NCBI RefSeq assembly: GCF_009831105.1
Contig: NZ_WUUQ01000002.1
Span: forward strand, 660,001-692,000
Reading direction: 5' to 3'
Source of the DNA: Copranaerobaculum intestinale
GTDB lineage: Bacteria > Bacillota_I > Bacilli_A > Erysipelotrichales > Erysipelotrichaceae
DNA length: 32,000 nucleotides
Part shown: positions 27,341 to 32,000 of the stretch, one piece after another
Layout: every line of letters begins with the position of its first letter
Position numbering within the stretch: the stretch's first letter is position 1
The notes under the pieces: generated by a model
The model's database searches: none
Told to the model about the DNA's origin: nothing
Seen by the model: the letters and a program-made list of their open reading frames with translations, nothing else
Made by a program: the position numbers and the translations under genes

Positions 27341-28336
27341 TTATTTGTTCAGCTGGCGTTTTTTTGTATAGAAACAGATAAAATCCAAAATAATCTGAGC
27401 TGCATACAGCGATGTTTGACCAGCATGATCGTATGGCGGAGATACCTCGGATAGATCAAATCCAACAACCTGTCCCTTACCGACAACAGCATAGATAAGA
27501 TCGCTTACTTCTTCATACAGCAAGCCGCCTGGCTGTGGCGATCCCGTACCCGGACAAAGTGACGGATCTAATCCGTCAATATCCACTGTGATGTAATAGT
27601 ATTTTGCTTCTGGTATTTTATTGATAATTGCTTCCATGCCTTCTTTGCGCAGCTGCGGCGTAGTGATCAGCGTACTGCCATAGGCTCTTGCTTCTTCAAA
27701 ATCTTCTCTGCCACTGCTGCCGAGTCCTCTTAAACCAATCTGCATCATTTTACCAACATGCTTTAATTCTGAAGCACGGCGCATCGGCGAACTATGCGAA
27801 TACTTGAATTCACCATAGGACTTTGTCCAGTCCAGATGGGCATCAAATTGAATCACGCATATATCCTCATACATGTCGAAGGCACGCATCACCGGAATGG
27901 TTGTCGTATGATCACCGCCGATGACCACCGGTACCGCGCCGGTACTGATAATTTTACGTACCGCCGATTCACAGTTATCAAAGGTTTGTTCATAGCTGCA
28001 CGGAGATACATCAACATCACCGCAGTCGATGATTCGTTCACCCTGATCCATGAAATACATATCCTTCACCGGATCATATAGACCGTATAATCCGTCACAA
28101 TAAATGGTTGATGCTTCTCTTACACCCCTTGGCCCAAATCGCGCGCCGCTCTTTGCGGATGCTCCGATATCATAGGGGAAGCCCAGTATCGCGATATCGT
28201 ATCCTGGTTCCAGCTGATCCAAAGACGGACAGATTTCAGTCTTCATAAAGGATGAAATACCGGTAAAGGGAAGATTAAAAAAATTGCTGGGATTCGTTGT
28301 GAAATTGACGTTGGCATTCTTATTGGAGCTATTCAT
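27341..28336 (-). CDS. speB: Arginase-family ureohydrolase (agmatinase/guanidino-acid hydrolase-like)
   Basis: Mn-ligand motifs GGDHTTT, FDAHLDW and VDIDGLDP. GGAGGAG RBS. The substrate cannot be assigned from sequence, so the symbol is tentative. Confidence 0.85.
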   Translation of the reverse strand: MNSSNKNANVNFTTNPSNFFNLPFTGISSFMKTEICPSLDQLEPGYDIAILGFPYDIGASAKSGARFGPRGVREASTIYCDGLYGLYDPVKDMYFMDQGERIIDCGDVDVSPCSYEQTFDNCESAVRKIISTGAVPVVIGGDHTTTIPVMRAFDMYEDICVIQFDAHLDWTKSYGEFKYSHSSPMRRASELKHVGKMMQIGLRGLGSSGREDFEEARAYGSTLITTPQLRKEGMEAIINKIPEAKYYYITVDIDGLDPSLCPGTGSPQPGGLLYEEVSDLIYAVVGKGQVVGFDLSEVSPPYDHAGQTSLYAAQIILDFICFYTKKRQLNK

Positions 28337-28371
28337 GTTAAACTCCTCCTTCCTAAGCTGATGATAGATAT

Positions 28372-28380
28372 ATTATAACA
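28372..28380 (-). promoter_or_regulatory. Extended -10 element (TGtTATAAT) upstream of the ureohydrolase gene
   Basis: Minus strand TGTTATAAT, 36 nt upstream of the ATG. Weak -35. No terminator is seen between this gene and the upstream 836-aa gene. Confidence 0.45.
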
Positions 28381-28415
28381 GAATTCTAAATATATCTGCT
28401 GGATGTTTTCCGTTA

Positions 28416-30926
28416 TCATTCAGCCATAACCAAATTCATAGCAAGACCCTCGTTTATTTCTTGAAACTCCCAAATAATAGTTTGATTGTTTTTAGGTACA
28501 ACCAACTGTTTCACAAACGGTACACAATTTTCTTCAAGGTATTTTTGTTCCAACGATTTGGTTCCATAGCGCCGAATAAAATAAGTGATGAAGGAGATCA
28601 AAATTCCGGCGATGGTACAAATCCATCCGATCCCCGGCAAAAGCGAAACAAATGCAAAGGAACCGATAATCGTTGGTAAAAATGTACTGATGAAAGCAAA
28701 CCCGATGGTTGCTACCATCGCAATGCCATTTACAATTCCATTGATGACATTGAAAGCAGTAAGCCATCCTGCATAACCATATTTTGCCACATCGCTGACG
28801 ATATCGCACACACATACAGAAAAAGCAAAAGCACTCATTAAACCACCGCAAAATTTCATCATTTTCGGCATTTCTTCCGAACTTTTCATAACACGTTCCC
28901 AAAACCCTTTACCTTCATTTGTCATAACATCAAGCTCTTGACTTTTCAGCGCCTGCGTGCCTTTTACAGAACCGGAACTGCTGCTGGAAAATTCTGACAT
29001 CGCTTCGATGGATGTGCTATTCTTACACCAATTTCCATAAGCCTCATATCCGTTATTGAATATATCAACGATGCTGTATGAGAAGCTGAGGACTGCCGAT
29101 GCCTGTTGAGAACTGCTCATTTCATCCCAGTTAACAAAGGTACTGATACTATTCCATATCATAAGACCCTGCGTAAGCATCAGCGCAGCGACACGAATTC
29201 CAATTCTAATCTTCGGGTGAGTTTTATAGAAATCATCAAGGCATTGAAATATTGTTCGATCCATTTCACCGGACACCCATATTTCAAACTCCAGTAAGGC
29301 TGCGGCAATATACGGGTAATAGTCTTCAGGTACCGTGATGATCTTATTTTTAAGCGCCTCGTCAATTGCATTCTTCAGATCCTGAAGCTCCGGCGTTAAA
29401 GTCTGCTCACCATAAATCCGTTTGATCAACTGCTTTGCCGCTAGCCCATAATATTGGTGGCGCTGATCTTCATTCATAACAATATCGGTCATGGTATCGG
29501 TCATGGTTTTATTCATCACGCAGCGATTCAATAAATGATAATATAGATCACTGCCCAGTGAAGTCAGATAGACCGTCGGCTCATCATGATCACTCATGCA
29601 TAATGGACTGTTTTGAGGATTCACCATTTGTATACACTTATCCGGATACAGATAATTCAATAATATAACAAGATGCTGTAACCGCGATTGAATATCATGC
29701 GTGTACTCATCCAGCATTAGTCTGGCCAGTTCTTCATATAAAGCATAATCATGTACCTGAAACGCCCATTTCTTAGCTTCTGATAAATACGGTTTAATTT
29801 CAGGAATGCTTTGAAAATATACCATTCCATATAAGCGATCAGTCAGTTTTTGATAAGCCGGTTCATTACAAAAAGAAGTGGCCTCATGGCCATTATAATA
29901 TCCATCCAATCGTTCTTTATGGAATTCTATATCTTTAATCAAATAAGAGTATTCATAATCTCCAGCCGCCAAAATAGAGCTAAGACAGGCTTCATAATAA
30001 TGACCGACCAAAAGTGTTTTCACATCCGGATTCGCATCTACAAAATCAACCATTTCCTGTGTGATATCCGAACCGATATGGGGGCGGTCGGGATTTCCGA
30101 TATATGTTATCTGATCATCATCGATGTAGTAAAGCATTAAATTATGCAAATAGCTGGAAAAGTTTGTATTAACTGCTTCAACATTTGGCATCGGCACCAT
30201 AAATAGACTTTCTACATAAAGCGGCGTCTTTTCGTTTAGATATGTAATCCGCTGGTCGTCAAATACTGTGGGCATAGCTTCCCCTGCCGAATGAATCTGC
30301 CTGCGGATTTGCCGCTCCCGCTCACTCATCACATAGCTTCCGCTTACGCGCATACTCGCTGATTCGATAAAGCTGGCTTCCTCCGAATGCCAGGCACTGC
30401 CATACATTGACATAAGGTCATCAGCAAGTGTAACATCATAGAACGAAAAGTTTTGATATCCTTCTAATCCATCAAACATCGTTCCCTGAATATGAAGGCT
30501 ATTCCCTTTCCCCTCACAAAGATGGCTATATGCTAGATTTACATTCGAATGAAGCAAGTGCAGCTCCATCGTTTCAATGAGGCTTCCGTTCTCCATGCGG
30601 CTGCCAAGACATAATTCATATTCTTGTTGCTGCTGATCATCTGTAAATGTCATGATATATTTAGAATCACATGATGCTTTAAATACATGAACTCCGGTTT
30701 GATCGAGAAGTACACCACCCAACAAACGTGAATGATTCAAAGATACAATCCGTCCACAGCGCTGATATGCCGGCTGATCCCAATAGAGGGAGTCCTCCTT
30801 GACGATCGTTGATACCGGCATTTGATCGATATAAACCGTCTGATTGATACATGCCATTGCGAATGGAACATGCTCATCATCGGAATAGATCGTTAGGTCA
30901 TAGCATACATTCGAATTCCATTTCAT
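28416..30926 (-). CDS. Orphan 836-aa protein: large soluble N-terminal region plus C-terminal glycine-rich multi-helix hydrophobic module
   Basis: Uninterrupted ORF. No signal peptide (MKWNSNVCYDLTIYSDDEHV). No Walker, HExxH or other catalytic signature that I recognise. Hydrophobic segments are IRIGIRVAALMLTQGLMIWNSISTFV and then FCGGLMSAFAFSVCVCDIV...GWLTAFNVINGIVNGIAMVATIGFAFISTFLPTIIGSFAFVSLLPGIGWICTIAGILISFITYF. The ATG at 30926 lies 1 nt after the upstream stop (TGAtATG). Confidence 0.8.
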   Translation of the reverse strand: MKWNSNVCYDLTIYSDDEHVPFAMACINQTVYIDQMPVSTIVKEDSLYWDQPAYQRCGRIVSLNHSRLLGGVLLDQTGVHVFKASCDSKYIMTFTDDQQQQEYELCLGSRMENGSLIETMELHLLHSNVNLAYSHLCEGKGNSLHIQGTMFDGLEGYQNFSFYDVTLADDLMSMYGSAWHSEEASFIESASMRVSGSYVMSERERQIRRQIHSAGEAMPTVFDDQRITYLNEKTPLYVESLFMVPMPNVEAVNTNFSSYLHNLMLYYIDDDQITYIGNPDRPHIGSDITQEMVDFVDANPDVKTLLVGHYYEACLSSILAAGDYEYSYLIKDIEFHKERLDGYYNGHEATSFCNEPAYQKLTDRLYGMVYFQSIPEIKPYLSEAKKWAFQVHDYALYEELARLMLDEYTHDIQSRLQHLVILLNYLYPDKCIQMVNPQNSPLCMSDHDEPTVYLTSLGSDLYYHLLNRCVMNKTMTDTMTDIVMNEDQRHQYYGLAAKQLIKRIYGEQTLTPELQDLKNAIDEALKNKIITVPEDYYPYIAAALLEFEIWVSGEMDRTIFQCLDDFYKTHPKIRIGIRVAALMLTQGLMIWNSISTFVNWDEMSSSQQASAVLSFSYSIVDIFNNGYEAYGNWCKNSTSIEAMSEFSSSSSGSVKGTQALKSQELDVMTNEGKGFWERVMKSSEEMPKMMKFCGGLMSAFAFSVCVCDIVSDVAKYGYAGWLTAFNVINGIVNGIAMVATIGFAFISTFLPTIIGSFAFVSLLPGIGWICTIAGILISFITYFIRRYGTKSLEQKYLEENCVPFVKQLVVPKNNQTIIWEFQEINEGLAMNLVMAE

Positions 30927-30927
30927 A

Positions 30928-31956
30928 TCAGTTTTTCCCTTCCATTTCCACAAGTATTTCTGTGATCATATGCTTAGCGGATTCACCAAGCAGAGCTTCC
31001 CATAACGAAACCTGAGTGAGCAGCTTATCAATGACCGCATGTCGTTCAGCTTCTGCCAGATCAGCGATCCTTCGCTTCAAATAAGCAAGTGTAAGCTGTG
31101 GATATGCCAGCAGGCAGGGATAACCATTTGCATAGTAAGAATGAAAGCCGTCATAAACATGAAGATCGTAGCAACAGGCATGCTTTGTATTTTCTGTGAT
31201 GTGTATCCGTTCTACCACAACTTCATGCGGTTTCCCTTGATCATCAAGCTTGATAATACGATCACCTATTTTCAAAGTCTTTACTTGAAATTCCGGACAG
31301 ATCATATTGGTGGCTGCCGGCTGTGGTGCACACCAGCCCCGCTGGGTCATGATCGCATGATCCAAAGACATAAACGGAATATCCTCATTGACCGCGTATA
31401 GAAATGCAACCTGATGATTTTGGACCAATTCATCAGAAAGATAGGACTCACTTCCCTGTACATTTAATATCATATCATTCTTGCTTGTGCATTCGATTGG
31501 CACACATGTCCCATTCTTCAATCGTATTAGCGTACCAGCCAGCACACAGCCACCGCTTTCCTTTTTGTAACAGCCGTTGGCATCACCCGTGCTTTTGACC
31601 CACGCAACTGCTGCTTCACCATAAAAATGTTCATCATAGGCTCGCCTCGTGATAACTTCACCGCCGCCATATGCTTGATAAGCATCATGATGAACCGTTC
31701 TACAGCTTTCACTGTAGCGCTTGACATCTTGATTCATGGTTTTATAGATTGACATATCTTTTCCCAATTCATTGACAAATAATGTTGGCCAGTCATAATC
31801 CTTCAGATATTCATCCAGTTGATATACTTTACAAAAATTCGCATCGAACATTTTCCAATTTTCAAGAACTCGATCAGCAGCTGCATCATTGTGACAGTGC
31901 AGCATCAATAATAACACTTTAAAACGCCATATTTTGGTAATATCCGATTTATACAT
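30928..31956 (-). CDS. Hint (Hedgehog/intein-like) autoprocessing-domain protein; N-terminus uncertain
   Basis: Residues about 137-283 carry Hint blocks: A = GG|CVLAGTLIRLKNG, B = SLDH, LKIGDRII, and F/G = YDLHVYDGFHSYYANGYP. The ATG at 31956 has no SD, and the frame stays open to base 32000. Confidence 0.75.
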   Translation of the reverse strand: MYKSDITKIWRFKVLLLMLHCHNDAAADRVLENWKMFDANFCKVYQLDEYLKDYDWPTLFVNELGKDMSIYKTMNQDVKRYSESCRTVHHDAYQAYGGGEVITRRAYDEHFYGEAAVAWVKSTGDANGCYKKESGGCVLAGTLIRLKNGTCVPIECTSKNDMILNVQGSESYLSDELVQNHQVAFLYAVNEDIPFMSLDHAIMTQRGWCAPQPAATNMICPEFQVKTLKIGDRIIKLDDQGKPHEVVVERIHITENTKHACCYDLHVYDGFHSYYANGYPCLLAYPQLTLAYLKRRIADLAEAERHAVIDKLLTQVSLWEALLGESAKHMITEILVEMEGKN

Positions 31957-31959
31957 ATT

Positions 31960-31986
31960 AAAAAATAAACGCTGCGAGATTGCAGC
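31960..31986 (-). terminator. Terminator-like hairpin immediately upstream of the Hint gene ATG
   Basis: Minus strand GCTGC-AATCTC-GCAGC followed by GTTTATTTTTTAAT then ATG. A +1-frame TGA (31990-31988) precedes it, consistent with the end of an upstream gene. The stem is only 5 bp. Confidence 0.4.
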
Positions 31987-32000
31987 CTCAAACGACGGAT

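Noticed and set aside
30928-31956. Could the Hint domain be a genuine intein or mobile homing element?
   Set aside because: There is no homing-endonuclease insert and no terminal His-Asn or +1 Cys/Ser/Thr splice junction. The flanks do not reconstitute a recognisable host protein. It looks like a BIL/Hedgehog-type cleavage domain, not a splicing intein.
1-32000. Scan for CRISPR arrays, tRNA/rRNA genes, transposases, integrases, prophage genes and long direct or inverted repeats.
   Set aside because: Reading both strands by eye found no regularly spaced repeats, no tRNA T-arm or rRNA signatures, and no recombinase-like ORFs. Repeat detection by eye is limited, so a dot-plot or k-mer self-comparison would be needed to exclude dispersed repeats.

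Overview
This 32-kb window looks like chromosomal DNA from an endospore-forming Bacillota (Firmicutes) genome. No homology search was possible, so the taxon is an inference. All calls rest on reading the ORF translations for family motifs, hand-checking start codons and ribosome-binding sites, and comparing gene order with Bacillus subtilis.

About 85% of the window is conserved housekeeping sequence, mostly on the minus strand, arranged in B. subtilis-like blocks:
- rodZ-pgsA-cinA-recA-rny
- gpsB, rnpB (type B RNase P RNA) and recU-ponA
- dnaD-nth
- The yqe cluster: yqeG-yqeH-yhbY-nadD/yqeK-rsfS-methyltransferase-mtnN
- Sporulation regulators: an uninterrupted pro-sigK, and dacF followed by spoIIAA-spoIIAB-sigF

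Between these blocks sit metabolic and accessory genes:
- an amidohydrolase
- an M42 peptidase
- an orphan purC
- a C45 Ntn-hydrolase
- azlCD
- an oxidoreductase-GNAT-unknown operon
- an arginase-family ureohydrolase

I found no CRISPR array, tRNA, rRNA, transposase or integrase.

The best candidate for something undescribed is at the right edge (28.4-32.0 kb). A protein with a complete Hint (Hedgehog/intein-like) autoprocessing domain and a Hedgehog-style GG|C junction is translationally coupled to an 836-aa orphan protein. That partner has no signal peptide, a large soluble N-terminal part and a C-terminal glycine-rich multi-helix hydrophobic module. The locus may continue beyond the window.

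Secondary observations:
- an in-frame nadD-yqeK fusion
- a perfect 16-bp palindrome on a predicted transcription start
- about 260 bp of unexplained structured non-coding DNA upstream of azlCD
- Spo0A-box-like motifs upstream of spoIIAA
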